From Tubiluchus corallicola (taxonomy: Eukaryota; Animalia; Priapulida), in the NCBI GenBank assembly GCA_030141605.1, contig JAQGDQ010000741.1, positions 15,246 through 79,245 of the forward strand: 64,000 nucleotides of DNA, read 5' to 3'. The position numbers and the translations under genes are program-made. The notes below the pieces were generated by a model. It made no database searches and was not told the origin of the DNA. It worked only from the letters and a program-made list of their open reading frames with translations. Shown here piece by piece: positions 27,478 to 42,560 of this stretch (position 1 is its first letter; each line of letters starts with the position of its first letter).

Positions 27478-28158
27478 AGGACAAGAAAAGGGGCACCTGA
27501 AGTAGGTTTCAGAAAAATCGCCTTAGGAATTATATTACTTTATAGCAATTTTATGCTCAACTGTGTATATCGTACTCGCATAGAAAGGAATTTTTGTTTG
27601 TTTTCATTTTAAATCTCCCGCAATACTGTTCCGAAGTTGCCATTACATGACGTCATATGCGCACAACGTAAATCAGGGGAAGAAAAGAAAATGGTAAATT
27701 ATGTCCCAAAAAACTTTCCCAACGTAAATCTATATTACTTAGCGTTTCACTTATCTGCTAGAAAGACTTATGTGATTAAAAATGGTAATTTAAAATTTCG
27801 TGGAAATTGGTAAAATGTCGTTGACTCACCCTCCAGGGTGCGCCACTCACTAACCAAAAAACGTGTTTTTAATCATTTTGACAAGATACAGTAATGTTAA
27901 ATTTTATTTAGTCAGTGACTTGTGCGCTACGAATGCTCTAATTATTATTTCAAACTTTACAGAATGTTATCTAAACTTGTTTCAAATGACTTATCGTCAA
28001 AATGGCTGCGTCTAACGGTCATCGCGGGAGTTTAAATTTACAAGTTTTTTACAGCACGACTGCCAATTGAAATCATGTATTTAAATAGGCAGTATGTAGG
28101 TGACATAAAATTTCTTAATTTTTTTAAGATTTGTATAAGTTGAGGGTTTTCTTGTGCT
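27478..28158 (+). mobile_element. TTAA-flanked MITE family A, full length
   Basis: TTCA|AGGACAAGAAAA ... TTTTCTTGTGCT|TTAA. Confidence 0.88.
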
Positions 28159-28709
28159 TTAAAAGATATAGGATAAAATATATCTGCACATAATCAAAAG
28201 CAACATGGTAACTTGTGGTAATTAGTGAATTAGTGAATCATAATTTTAATCAGTACCCAAAAACTTCTAATTTGAAAATTACAGCTATTGCAAAATGGCT
28301 GATGCTTTTTGGAGGACTTACACCAAAAAAGGAAAAAATAAAACCATAGAGTTCACTTACAGTTTAGCTTCCTGCCTTCCTCCTCTCGCTCTCTTCAATG
28401 CCTCCTCTTTGCGTCTGTTAAAGAATCTTTTGGCAAACGATTTTGTAGCTCTGCGTTCGATGTTTGCCGGCGTTAGCCGATTACAGTCAATTATTTTCTA
28501 CCTTAGCGCGCATGCGCAGTAGAATCGTTGTGTAATCCAGCAACAGGTCGCTTAAATGAGCTGAATAAATCATCTCGGGGCTTCCCATTCTTGCGACAAG
28601 CTTTTCAGCCAGTGGGAGGTTGGTGGGTTAAATGTTTTTAGGCGTGGTTACGTAATGGTATAAAAACGCAGGTTGGTTCATCAGTCTGTGAGTTGCTAGG
28701 TTGGTAAAC

Positions 28710-30090
<1,381 letters not shown>

Positions 30091-30484
30091 TGTGAAACCA
30101 ACATTTCTCTAGGACCCACGAAACACACATACTTGTTTACAAACTGTACAACAATGAGCTTACACGTGAACCGTTAAGGCGACGTTTCAGCTAATGCTTT
30201 TCTGTAATTGTTCCACGAAATATTAATGCAGTCTTTCTAATAACCAAGATTGCTGTCTGTGCTCTATAGAATGACATGACAATAGCATGTAAGTATCTGA
30301 GAGGTCACTTTAGGATTAGCTAGGCGAAAATAGAGGCAGGATTAGTTATAATAATGCAAAGATTTCGTTCATTGCCTATCTTGGCCAGGTATTATATATT
30401 CTTGCTATATAAAGAAATGTTTTAAGAGGTTTTGTGAATTCATCGACGAAAAATGATGAAATTCATTTTTTCCACTAAAACAAG

Positions 30485-30795
30485 ATGATGATGATAGTGT
30501 TGATAATGATGTTGGTGATGGCGATGATGACGATAGTGATGTGTGGTGGGAAAGACGATGATTATGATGATGGTAATGGTGGCAGTATTGATGATGATGA
30601 GTACAATGATAATGATGATGACGATAATGATGATGATGACGACGACGATGACGATGGATGATGGATGATGATGATGGTGATGATGATGTCGACGATGACG
30701 ATGACGATGCATGATGGATGATGATGATGATGATGAAAATGATAACGATGACGATGATGATGAAAATGATGATGATGATGATGATGACAACGATG

Positions 30796-30826
<31 letters not shown>

Positions 30827-30860
30827 CGATGACGATGACGATGGTGATGATGATGCTGAT
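30485..30860. repeat. Imperfect (GAT)n microsatellite
   Basis: Direct reading. Confidence 0.92.
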
Positions 30861-31439
30861 ATCAATTTGTAGTGTAGCCTTTTGCACGGCGTTAAAGCAT
30901 TTAATTAGTTACTGTGTAACAATAACTCTTTATTCTGTTTGAAAAGCGTTGCACAATACACAATGACATGGTCTAAAACTTTGATCAATATAATTAACCG
31001 AAGTTCCTCAAATCGGAAAGTTATCTTTCACACAAAAGGTAGAAATGTTTTGGCTTCTACGCATATAAACAGCGTTTTGAGTTCGCATCCTGACTGAAGA
31101 CGATTTTTTCACGAATTTCAATTTCTTATTCTCAGTTAGAAGAGCAGAACTTCTATAATTAATCAGAAGGAAACACGCGGCAAATGCAAGTGCCATTATT
31201 ATTATTATTAGGACTTTAAAGACGATATTTAATCAGCTTAATTGCTACACGCAAGATGATTATAACTGCTGTATAAAGGATGAAATTTTTAATTAATTAA
31301 TAAAAAGCTTAAAATCATTTTGCCAAGAGACTGTACCAGGAATGGCTAATACAGAAAAATAGTTTTCTAGAAATGATACGCTGTTGTTGTCGTTTCGTAA
31401 TCATCGTCATAGCCGTCAGAGCTATCAGGGCTATCATAT

Positions 31440-31712
<273 letters not shown>

Positions 31713-31803
31713 CCCACTCTTAGCAGCGGACGAAACAACAGATTTTGTCAACGCGCATGTGCAGTACAAGCGTCAAGAGTCGAACACTACTAATCATTAT
31801 CAA

Positions 31804-32182
31804 TAGGGGTGAGCATAGAACGTTCGAGTTCGAATCGAATTCGAACGAACTTTTTCTTAGTTCGAATTCGGTTCGAGCCTAAAATTATAGATTCGAGTAA
31901 TTCAGCCACATAGGTTCTTTATCATGAAATTTTTTTGAAACATCAGGCCATTAGCGCAATTTAGCTGCAGTTTCTGTTCAAAATTTTCAACAAACTAATA
32001 TAGCTTTTACAGCAGAACAAAATCAAATAATATGCATGATCTTCGTAAAACCACTTTTTACTACTGGTTCGAAAACTTGATCGAAAATCTTTCAAACTCA
32101 ATTCGATTCGGATTCGAAACGCTGAAAGTCGCAAATTCGATTCGATTCCAATTCGCTTCCTCGTAGAAAATTCTCACCCCTA
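31804..32182 (+). mobile_element. hAT-like MITE family E, copy 2
   Basis: TAGGGGTGAGCAT ... ATTCTCACCCCTA TIRs. Flanks ATTATCAA/GTTATTAG may be a decayed 8-bp TSD. Confidence 0.82.
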
Positions 32183-32274
32183 GTTATTAGTTCCTAAACA
32201 ATTAAATGTGCCCCATTATTAGGAAAAAGCTAAAAGAAATAATTAGACTTTGCATGATTTACGTATCTCGCTAC

Positions 32275-32403
32275 TGGGTCCGCGTACACTAGTTAAGAAA
32301 TTTCCTAGTTCTGCATCCGCAGTCCGCGAATAGTTTAGCTCCGCAACGTGATCCCTAAACAAATCCGGATCCGCGGTCCGCAATTCGCGTTTGCGCACCT
32401 CTG
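32275..32403 (+). mobile_element. Possible hAT-like MITE end with TCCGC repeats
   Basis: Several TCCGC motifs, ending GCGCACCTCTG (reverse complement CAGAGGTGCGC). No partner TIR found. Confidence 0.35.
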
Positions 32404-32651
32404 CTACATACTGATCGCCATTCAGATAATTTTATTCCACAATATAATCACAATATTTTTACTTCATGTATATGAACTCAAGCTTGTGATCCATAATAAA
32501 GTTAAACTCTAAAATTAAATTTAGCGCTGATGACATGGGAAACAAGCTTATATTAGGTCACCGGAATTAGTAGTGGAAAATATACTTATTAATAACATGT
32601 TACTGGTAATTAGGAATTGTTATGAAGGGTGGCAGCGATGTTTGACAATAT

Positions 32652-33512
32652 AGAGGTTTGCACTGTATAGATATGAGTAGAAGAGGCGACAGTTGATTAC
32701 ATTATACAAAGGTGTGCACTGTACAGATATGTGTGGAAGAGGCAACCCTTTATCAAACTGTATTAAGGTGTGCAGTGTACAGATATGTGTAGAAGAGGCA
32801 ACCCTTTATCAAACTGTATTAAGGTGTGCAGTGTATAGATATGTGTAGAAGAGGCGACAGTTGATTACATTATATAAAGGTGTGCACTGTACAGATATGT
32901 GTGGAAGAGGCAACCCTTTATCAAACTGTATTAAGGTGTGCAGTGTACAGATATGTGTAGAAGAGGCAACACTTGATTAGACTATATAAAGGTGTGCACT
33001 GTACAGATATGTGTGGAAGAGGCAACCCTTTATCAGACTGTATTAAGGTGTGCAGTGTATAGATATGTGTAGAAGAGGCGACAGTTGATTACATTATATA
33101 AAGGTGTGCACTGTACAGATATGTGTGGAAGAGGCAACCCTTTATCAAACTGTATTAAGGTGTGCAGTGTACAGATATGTGTAGAAGAGGCAACACTTGA
33201 TTAGACTATATAAAGGTGTGCAGTGTTCAGGTATGTGTGGAAGACGCAACCCTTTATCAAACTGTATTAAGGTGTGCAGTGTACAGATATGTGTAGAAGA
33301 GGCAACACTTGATTAGACTATATAAAGGTGTGCACTGTACAGATATGTGTGGAAGAGGCAACCCTTTATCAGACTGTATTAAGGTGTGCAGTGTACAGAT
33401 ATGTGTAGAAGAGGCAACACTTGATTAGACTATATAAAGGTGTGCAGTGTACAGGTATGTGTGGAAGAGGCAACACTTGATCAGACAATATAGAGGTTTG
33501 CAGTGTACAGAT
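32652..33512. repeat. 56-bp minisatellite, ~15 copies, largely alternating A/B units
   Basis: GGTGTGCA(C/G)TGTACAGATATGTGT(G/A)GAAGAGGC at 32711, 32767, 32823... Confidence 0.95.
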
Positions 33513-33869
33513 GGACACTACGAATGCTAGACTCAGTCAAGTCAAGTCCCGGTAGATACTATATTTGTCTACCTAAATCGTTCATGAGTGACCTGCCAAT
33601 AGTAAATTACGTTGGTGAATTAGCTGTGCGTGTGTACAGATTTCGCTCTAGGGACAAATCCGCCCATTCACAGTGATTGAAGATGTTGCAAAGCAATTAT
33701 GCTTCTCTTGCGAAGTTCAAACTACTGACGATGAAGTAATGGCGATCCAACCTAGAAGGAAGTAAATAGGTGTGACGTCATACTAGGTATGACGTCATAT
33801 CGGATGTGGAAGTTTGGTACTAGATGTTGCCTCCGGTACACAGTATAGATTTCTTGTATGCAATGTATT

Positions 33870-33924
33870 TTTCGTTGGCAAAAAAAGATTTCATCTGTCT
33901 ATCTGTCTGTCTGTCTGTCTGTCT

Positions 33925-33955
<31 letters not shown>

Positions 33956-34130
33956 GCAAGGCAATTATGCTTCTCTTGCGACGTTGCAATTACTGAGCAA
34001 GTGACGATGAAGTAATGGCGAGGTCCGTCCGTCCGTCCGTCCATCCATCATCCATTCATCCATCATCCATCCATCCATCCATCCATCCATCCATCCATCC
34101 ATCCATCCAACCATCTATCTATCTTGTCAT
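33870..34130 (+). repeat. (CTGT)n/(CCGT)n/(CCAT)n microsatellites in a possible Helentron/DINE-like element
   Basis: (GTCY)n-type runs. A ~65-bp segment at 33955-34021 is duplicated at 33685-33745. Confidence 0.5.
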
Positions 34131-35261
34131 TTCTCGTATGCGATGATTCGCCAGAAGTGTTTCCGAAATTTTGACGGAAATGCAAAAGTCCAGTATCCAA
34201 ATACTGAAAAAGCTTCACTTAGGATCGAACCATCACAATGTAGAGGGTGAGTCGAAAATAAATGCAATACAATGGTAAAAACCCTCACCTAATTGAATTT
34301 TAAAACCAAACTTTGAAAAACAGGAAATGTAAAAAAACTGCAATGCAATTTGAACCATGGACTGTTTGCTTTCACGGGCAACACCGTGACCATTGCACTA
34401 CCGTGACCGCTGCGCTTATAACAATCGAAAGTTCGTCTGTTACAGGTGACCAGACAATTACCTGCTGTAAACAAGTGTAAATATTATTAACAATGGCGAC
34501 ATTTCAATGCAGCTAACCGCAAGGAGTAAAATCATGAAGGCCTATAAAAGACAGTTAAAATTAAAAACAACTTTTCTATAGTCTTCTACTGAAAAACGAA
34601 ACGTGCTTGCAAAACCATTTTGGACAAAATCAGATCTCTTAAGCTTCAACCAAAAGCTGTGGGTAATGGAAATTTATGATGACGTTGATAGTGGTGGACA
34701 TGATTATGGTGGTGATGATGATGACGTCGACGACAATGATAATGATGATAATCTAAATTTAGTTCTACCAAAAAATGCATAGTAAGACCAACGTTACGTG
34801 AGTTTACAAAAGCGACAAGATAGTTCAATATTTCGTCACAGTAATATTATACTCCAGTGATTACGAAATTTCAAAGCATGGTTTTTACTACATTGATTTG
34901 GTGACAAGCATCATATCAAAATTGGCTTCAAAGTTTGTTTGACACATAAGAAGCCGACTAATGTTAACAAAAGCAAATTCTATTAACAGAAGAGGACAAG
35001 AGAGATACAATAAAGGTCACAGTCGATACTTGTAAAGCTGACTAAATGATACTAGATGTTGCAGCGTTTGCCAAAGGCAAGCTAGTTAAACAAGACTTAG
35101 TATAGAAAAATTACAGTGTGGCTTCCCTCTTTATAGAAGAAAAACTGTCATTTTCGGCTATTGGCTGACGTGTGTGTGGTAATGAGGTTGAAAATTATTG
35201 TTGTGAAAGCTGAAAAAAGGGCTAGGACATCTGACTGGACCATTACATATAATATTCTTAA

Positions 35262-35898
35262 AGGACAAGAAAGGGGGATACCTGAAGTGGGTTTCAGAAA
35301 AATCGCCTTAAAAAAATTATATTACTTTATAGCAATTTCACGCGTATATCGTACTCGCGTTAGAAGGAATTTCATTCTAAATAGTGTTCCGACAGCGCCA
35401 TTACATGACGTCACTACGCCACGTATTTTAGGGGAAGAAAAGGAAATGTTAAATTGTGTCCCAAAAAACTTTCCATGCAAATCTATATTACTTAGTATTT
35501 CACTTACCTGCTGAAAAGACTTATGTAACTTCAAATAATAATTTAAAATGTTCGTGCCAATTGGTAAAATGACGCTGACTCACCCTCCAGGGTGCGCCAC
35601 TCACTAACCAAAAACGTATTTTTAATCTTATTGACAAGATACAGTAATTTAACATTTTACTTAATTAGCAACGTGTATGCTACGAATACTCTGATTATTT
35701 TTTCAACCTTTACTCAGTGTTACCTAAACTTGTTTCAATCGACCTACAATCAAAATGGCTGCGCCCAACGGCCAACTCGGGAATGTAAATTTACGCGTTT
35801 TATACAGCGTTACTACCGACGCAAGCTCTGCATGCAAAAACGCAGTATAAAATTTCGAGTTTTTTAAGTTTTATGTAAGTGGGGGCTTTTCTTGTGCT
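35262..35898 (+). mobile_element. TTAA-flanked MITE family A, full length
   Basis: TTAA|AGGACAAGAAA ... TTTCTTGTGCT|TTAA: 11-bp TIR with one mismatch and an intact TTAA duplication. Confidence 0.9.
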
Positions 35899-36599
35899 TT
35901 AATGACTGTCATACAAGACTCATTAACATCACAATGTCATGAAAGAAATAGGAACTTATTAAATAGTAATAAGAAATAGGAAATAGTAATAATAAAATAG
36001 GAAATATTAAACTGTAATAAACGAAACGACCTTGATAACTTCCTTCACATTAACGCAGCCATGCAATTCTGCTTCACAACACGGAACTACATGCTGATGC
36101 AATCAGACAATAAACAATGTGACAAGTGCTGCCATCTATTAATAACAATGCTGCCATCTATTAGCAACAACAGTACCTTTTTCAGTACCGATCACGTCAC
36201 ATCATTGTTTTTTTTGTCAAAATGCTGCTCCGAGAGAGATAAAGAAAACGTCTGTAATCATAAGCCATTAGCTAAGGAGAAATAGGCCATAACTTGCGAT
36301 TTTAATATTTAATATTTAATTTTTAACTTTTTTGCGCTTCAAATCTTGTTGATATCATTCAAATTTTTGGAAATAGTTTTTCGTTCTTTTTTGCTTTTGC
36401 TAGACGTAACTAAGTTCGTTTGGGAGAAAAACAAAACCATTCTGAACAGACCTACCCTACTCGCTATGGAAATATCTGAACGTTTCTAGCTTGAATTTGA
36501 ACCGTTTAGAAAGCGCTTTGAACTCTGTACAGTTTTATCAGTTTTGATTAATTTTTACATTACTGGTATTTTCATTACGATTATTTTGTTTGCATTTTG

Positions 36600-37008
<409 letters not shown>

Positions 37009-38239
37009 CCTTGTCACATTACTCTCATTGAGAACTCTGGAATTCGAGAAAAGAACAGAAAGTGACGCCACAAATACGTCGCAGTATACGGGATTTGATC
37101 GAGATTTGATTTGAGAAAGGGCTCCAGTTTCACGTTTTTGTGTCACCATTTTCGTGTCGATTTACGGGATTTCGCGCACGGAGAGCGTCTCTGGGGAATA
37201 AACTCAGCTGGAATTTTCGTACACGCGGCTCGATTAGATAAGCCTGTTAGGAGTATCTGGCGTGTACTTATCGTGCTTGTTAGCGACCAAAAGACAGCAA
37301 TCTTCTGCAAATTGGCACCTGAACCGTATGGGTGTTAATTGGAATAATCTACCTCGTGTCTCTTCCTAACAAGGATAATGCTCTATTAGCTCACTTCCGC
37401 TTCAAGATTATATAACGCCGCTGAGAATTTTGACAAGAATTTTTCCAGATGATGATTAATTTCTAACGTGGGAGTGCTCGGCTGTTTTTTTTTTGAGAGA
37501 GAACAGTTATAAGGTTTGAATTCTCATTGACGTTGACAAGTCTAGCTATGTAAGACTTCTTGTATTTCATTAATGCAAATTTTTGACACTAACTGTGCAG
37601 CATTAGTACTAATAAGCTTCGCGACTGGAGCTACTCAAGCTAATGTTGATTACTGAAGTATCAGTAAACTTAAAAAAACTAATAGGAAGCTAGAATAGAG
37701 ATTGTTAAGGCTTTGCCTGGTGAAGAAAAGACAGACGTACAGTTAATAACACATTAACAGTGATCTAATAATGTACCACTAAACTAAAGCTAAGATGCAG
37801 TGCTCATCTATGTAAGTCATAAGTCATTTATTTCACATTACACATTTACAATAGTTTCATGTACAATATCTAGTGAAAGGGCCTACAATGAACGTAATAC
37901 AAATAAGAAATACTGCACAGGAAAAGCCTCGCACACTATTCACCTATATACGAAGGTAAATGTGTTGCGGGCAATCAAAAAGCAGAGCTTGTTAGATTGT
38001 GCCACACTGTGAAAGAAAATAAGTAATGAAAATAATCTGAAAATTTGAAGTGAATCGTGTGATAAAGAAAACATTTAGTTCTGCAGAATGGAATGATGTA
38101 ATGAATGAAGCTCATATATGAGATGACAAAAGATAGATAGATGGTTAAGATAAAATCATAGACAAAGTTTTTGTTTTTTTATAGATTTTAGCTGCCGTTG
38201 CTGCTGCATTTATTTCTTATTTTTGTTGTTATCATTCTA

Positions 38240-38520
38240 ACAACAATGACGAAGACAAAAATGATGACAGCAACAGCAGCAGCAAACAACAAGAGCAACA
38301 ACAACAACAACAACAACTACAACAACAACAACAACAACAGCAGCAGCAGCAACAACAGCAACAACAACAATAACAACAACAGCGACAACGACAACAGCAA
38401 CAACAACAGCAAAAGCAACAGCAGCAACAACAACACAACAACAACAGCAATAACAACAACAACAGCAGTTGCACCAAAGGCAACAGCAATGGAGGCAGCG
38501 GCGGCGGCGGCGACAACAAA
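38240..38520. repeat. (CAA)/(CAG) compound microsatellite
   Basis: Direct reading. Confidence 0.92.
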
Positions 38521-39306
38521 ATAGTAAATTTTTTATTATGAAATTATCATACGTGTGAAACCAGGAAAAATTAAATGAGTTAACAAGAAGTATCACCACT
38601 CAAATAATTATCGAATATTAAAAATGTATTAAATTAATTTATGGCCTAATATATTTATTTACATTGATACAGAAATTCGATCATTTTCAAATTAGAAACT
38701 GTCCTCTTTTTGTACGGTTTTAAGTTTTTATAGCCTAGTATGAGTTCTTAATATGTTGCAATGTGGTGAAGACAAGCAAAATGTATACAGCTTTTTTATG
38801 TAATACCACTTGCTTTGTGTTGAAATGAAATAATCTAAGATATTTATATATATTTAAGTATATTTATTACTGTCAAAAATATATACAATACAAGAACAAA
38901 CAAAACATACATATATCAATTTGAAATATAATGACACTACAGACAAACAAAATAATTACTAATAAAACAAATATTATTAAATATTCCTGTTAGTTATATT
39001 AATTATTTAAAATTAATGAAAATTTTAATGATTAGTATTTAAAATAAATTATCATTCATTAGGCCTCCTTTTCAATGCTATGATCATTACATCGTTTATT
39101 GTTCATCTTGTCTTAAAAACGCTTTTTCAACATAATCAATAAATGCCTTAATTACTTCTCATCAAAGAATAAAAATTTATCAGCATCGCTCATAAGGAAA
39201 GATTCTGGTTTAATTACATTAATGTAATTTTCCTCTAAGATCATTGTAGATAGATAGATATTTTATTTCTGAAAATGAAATTTCCAATACGAAAATTACA
39301 AACAAT

Positions 39307-39548
39307 AACGTACAGGGGGTGCTGCAGTACCACAGTACCTACCTATACACGAGCCGCCACTGATTGTAACGTACAGGGGGTGCTGCAGTACCACAGTACC
39401 TACCTATACACGAGCCGCCACTGATTGTAACGTACAGGGGGTGCTGCAGTACCACAGTACCTACCTATACACGAGCCGCCACTGATTGTAACGTACAGGG
39501 GGTGCTGCAGTACCACAGAACCTACCTACACGAGCCGCCACTGATTGT
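39307..39548. repeat. 61-bp tandem repeat, 4 copies, flanked by a separate 61-bp direct repeat
   Basis: Unit AACGTACAGGGGGTGCTGCAGTACCACAGTACCTACCTATACACGAGCCGCCACTGATTGT. The flanks 39243-39303 and 39544-39604 are identical. Confidence 0.93.
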
Positions 39549-40632
39549 AGATAGATAGATATTTTATTTCTGAAAATGAAATTTCCAATACGAAAATTAC
39601 AAACTTGACGCATACCCGATGGTTTTATCAGCGGGCAGAACTCGGGTAATGATTTCCAGATCATACTAACAATTTGACTCAACATAGCTGCACAAGGTAT
39701 ATACACAGATATACAAAATTTAGTTGTAAACTCCATGAAACGATAAAAAACTATTAACAAAGCATTTGTACACATGTATTAAACAAATATTTTACCTATA
39801 TGATAATCACAGTGATGCGGTTATATGTCCGCTAACAAAACTATACTATTTAATTCACAAATCTATGCATACTGTCGTAAATGAAATTTCCAATTGACAT
39901 TAATTCTCCGTCAAATAAATTTGCAATATTACTATAATTTAACGCGTACAATGATCTATAAAGTGCATTTCATTGCACTCGCACAAAAAATGTCCTTCTG
40001 TCTGACTTTCTATAATAATATAGAAATTTCCATGTAACATGGAAATTTGATAACAAAGATAAATAAATAATAATTTAGACTCTTAGCACTCTTGAGACCA
40101 GATATATTTGAATGTGTTATGTGTGGTTAGAATCGACTTCATCATTACTGAGCACGTTGAGCTTTCTTAACCATTATCTTCTAACAATGGATTTGCACCT
40201 GACACCTTCACTTGCACCTGTTCCCGTCGTATCAAGAGGACACTCAAACCATTCCAAGTTTCATAAGACTTCTAGCTTGCTTAATTTCCTAGTCTCCCGG
40301 GAGGTGGCGCACGGGAATGGCCTGGTTACACATAGAGAGGTTTAGGAAGTCTTTGCGGCAGGCAGCTGATGAGAATGAGTTTGATAAGCTTTCGCTTTGG
40401 GAAGGACTTGATTAACATTGCCAACAAGAATTGTGCGCGATAAGCGCTAAATACAAGTCCAGCAGTCTTTTATATGTAATTTGTGATTTTTTATTGTCCA
40501 AAATGGGCAGTCATCGTCATATTCCGGAATCACTATCACATCATGACAGACTTGACTGACTGACAGTAAAATAATTGGTTAAAGTCTGTTTATTATAGTG
40601 GTTAATGCTGCTTGCTGATTATTGTTGTTTAT

Positions 40633-40873
40633 TGTGTGGCGTGTGAAGTAGCCACGATGGGCATGGCAAACTATCAAGACTTTATTTAATAAACTACACA
40701 TTTATTAAACAACAAACACAACGCGGTAAATATAAGAGGATAGTAATACCAGCTCAACACGTTCGTCTAACTACCTAATGCGCCGTGAGCTTCTGCGCAT
40801 AAGGATTACGTCATCAATCTTTACGGATGAGCCGTTCGAACATCAGTTGGTCACGTGATGCCTGACTGACACA
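40633..40873 (-). mobile_element. Candidate solo LTR (4-bp TSD)
   Basis: TTAT|TGTGT ... ACACA|TTAT. AATAAA and a TATA-like sequence lie on the minus strand. Confidence 0.4.
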
Positions 40874-40975
40874 TTATGTGCAGCTCAACTTCGTTTTGTC
40901 TGAAGCAAATAAAAACAGCTTCTGCTAATCCAGCGTCAAAACATTGATTCGTATAATGATAAGGAATAATAATAT

Positions 40976-41344
40976 TGTTGTGGAGATCGCTGGCATCTAT
41001 TAAAATTAAATTGAACATTGTAGAATGTTCCATTAGAATAATCGTCTTACCTTGTAGAATGTTCTGGAACAAAACTTCTAGAAGCTTCTCGGGCACCCTA
41101 TATAAGGCGAAGCAGGCCGCTGAGACACACACACAGATTAACATGGACACCACTTACACATTCTCTTTTATACTTGTATTTTCAGATACACTCAAACGTT
41201 TTCCAGATTTTCACGTATACTGTAAACATTTCGCGTTCCTTCATACTTTTGTGTTGTAGAAATCTCGCTTAATAAACTGGTTTAATTTGACGAAGTGTTT
41301 TCTGGTTTTCTCTACGAGCCTTCCGAGAGAGACAAAACACAACA
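40976..41344 (+). mobile_element. Solo LTR of an LTR retrotransposon
   Basis: AATAT|TGTTGTG ... CACAACA|AATAT: 7-bp terminal inverted repeat, perfect 5-bp TSD, TATATAAG at ~41099 and AATAAA at ~41271. Confidence 0.85.
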
Positions 41345-41839
41345 AATATGGCGAAATACGAAGAATTCAAACTTACATCTTTGCCGCATCTTACTAACTT
41401 GCTAAAGAGAACTCGATTGTCAAAATTTTGTTATAAAACGACACGACGTACTGAACAAAAATGACTTCTTTCCTATCCTGTCTGCAAAATGAGGCCAATC
41501 GCCTGCTTCCTTTCTTTAACTTACATGTCATCAACAGCCTAATTTTGCAAAACAAAACAATCACAAGGACCACCACGTACTTATATGCGAAACAGGAATT
41601 TTCCCAAGTTTATAACTACAGGTAACTAGGATAAGTACATTACTGTATAACTAGGTAGTAAATAACTTATAGTAACTTGAACGGCACAAAATTAAATAAT
41701 TAGTAAATGAACTTTTGTCATAATAGACTTGTTTAATTAATATGACAGCAAATGATGAGCAGTGCAACAAAAAGTGTTCAATCATATTGGATTTTCTCAG
41801 CTAAACTATGACGGCTGTAAAGATAATAACGGTCATCCA

Positions 41840-42560
41840 GTATTGCGGATTTCGATTTGAATCTGTTGAACAGTTTTTGTTGCACTGCCCATTGTATCAA
41901 CAAACTAGGTTTGTTATGTTTGATAAATTAAATGAAATACTTCTGCCTGAAAACCTTAATATAGCTGCCTTAGGAACTAATGATCTGTTGAAGTTGTTAT
42001 TATTCGGAAAAGACGAATTTAACTATGTTACTAACTGTAAAATATTCCAATGCATACATGACTTTATATTACGTACTAAACGCTTCCAGTAGTTTCTATC
42101 TGATATGAAATGCGTCAGTCTTAAATATTCGTACATTAATATCTTCTAACCGTCATTTTCTACTAATGTCTAATGTAATCTTGTAGTAAAACTTGTCAGC
42201 TTGTGTAGTTATAGTCTATTCTTACTGTAAATGTTACTAATGTCTAATGTAATCTTGTAGTAAAACATGTCAGCTTGTGTAGTTATAGTCTATCCTTACT
42301 GTAAATGTTACTAATATATAATGTAATGTTGTAGTAAAACTTGTCAGCTTGTGTAGTTATAGTCTATTCTTACTGTAAATGTTACTAATGTCTAATGTAA
42401 TCTTGTAGTAAAACTTGTCAGCTTGTGTAGGCATAGTCTATTCTTATTGTAAATGTTCTTGTAAATAGTGTATAACGTCTGTTGTGCTGAGCATTATAAA
42501 TCATGTTGTTCAAACTGTCTGATCCAATCCTATAATAAATTATGTTTAAACTAAACTAAG
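41840..42560 (+). mobile_element. Non-LTR retrotransposon 3' fragment (C-terminal zinc-knuckle region plus 3' UTR)
   Basis: CGFRFESVEQFLLHCPLY..R...LLFG...IF..I.DFI..TKRF*, a typical LINE ORF2 C-terminus. AATAAA at ~42535 and a (TAAAC)n tail. Confidence 0.75.
42161..42456. repeat. 74-bp tandem repeat, 4 copies, inside the LINE 3' UTR
   Basis: TACTAAT.T.TAATGTAAT.TTGTAG at 42161, 42235, 42309 and 42383. Confidence 0.93.

Noticed and set aside
37012-37435. Possible solo LTR (TGTCA...TGACA, AATAAA, CpG-rich)
   Set aside because: No matching target-site duplication for any TG/CA pair tried.
41348-41365. TGGCG after the LTR as a primer-binding site of a full-length element
   Set aside because: The perfect AATAT duplication on both sides indicates a solo LTR, and no gag-like ORF follows.
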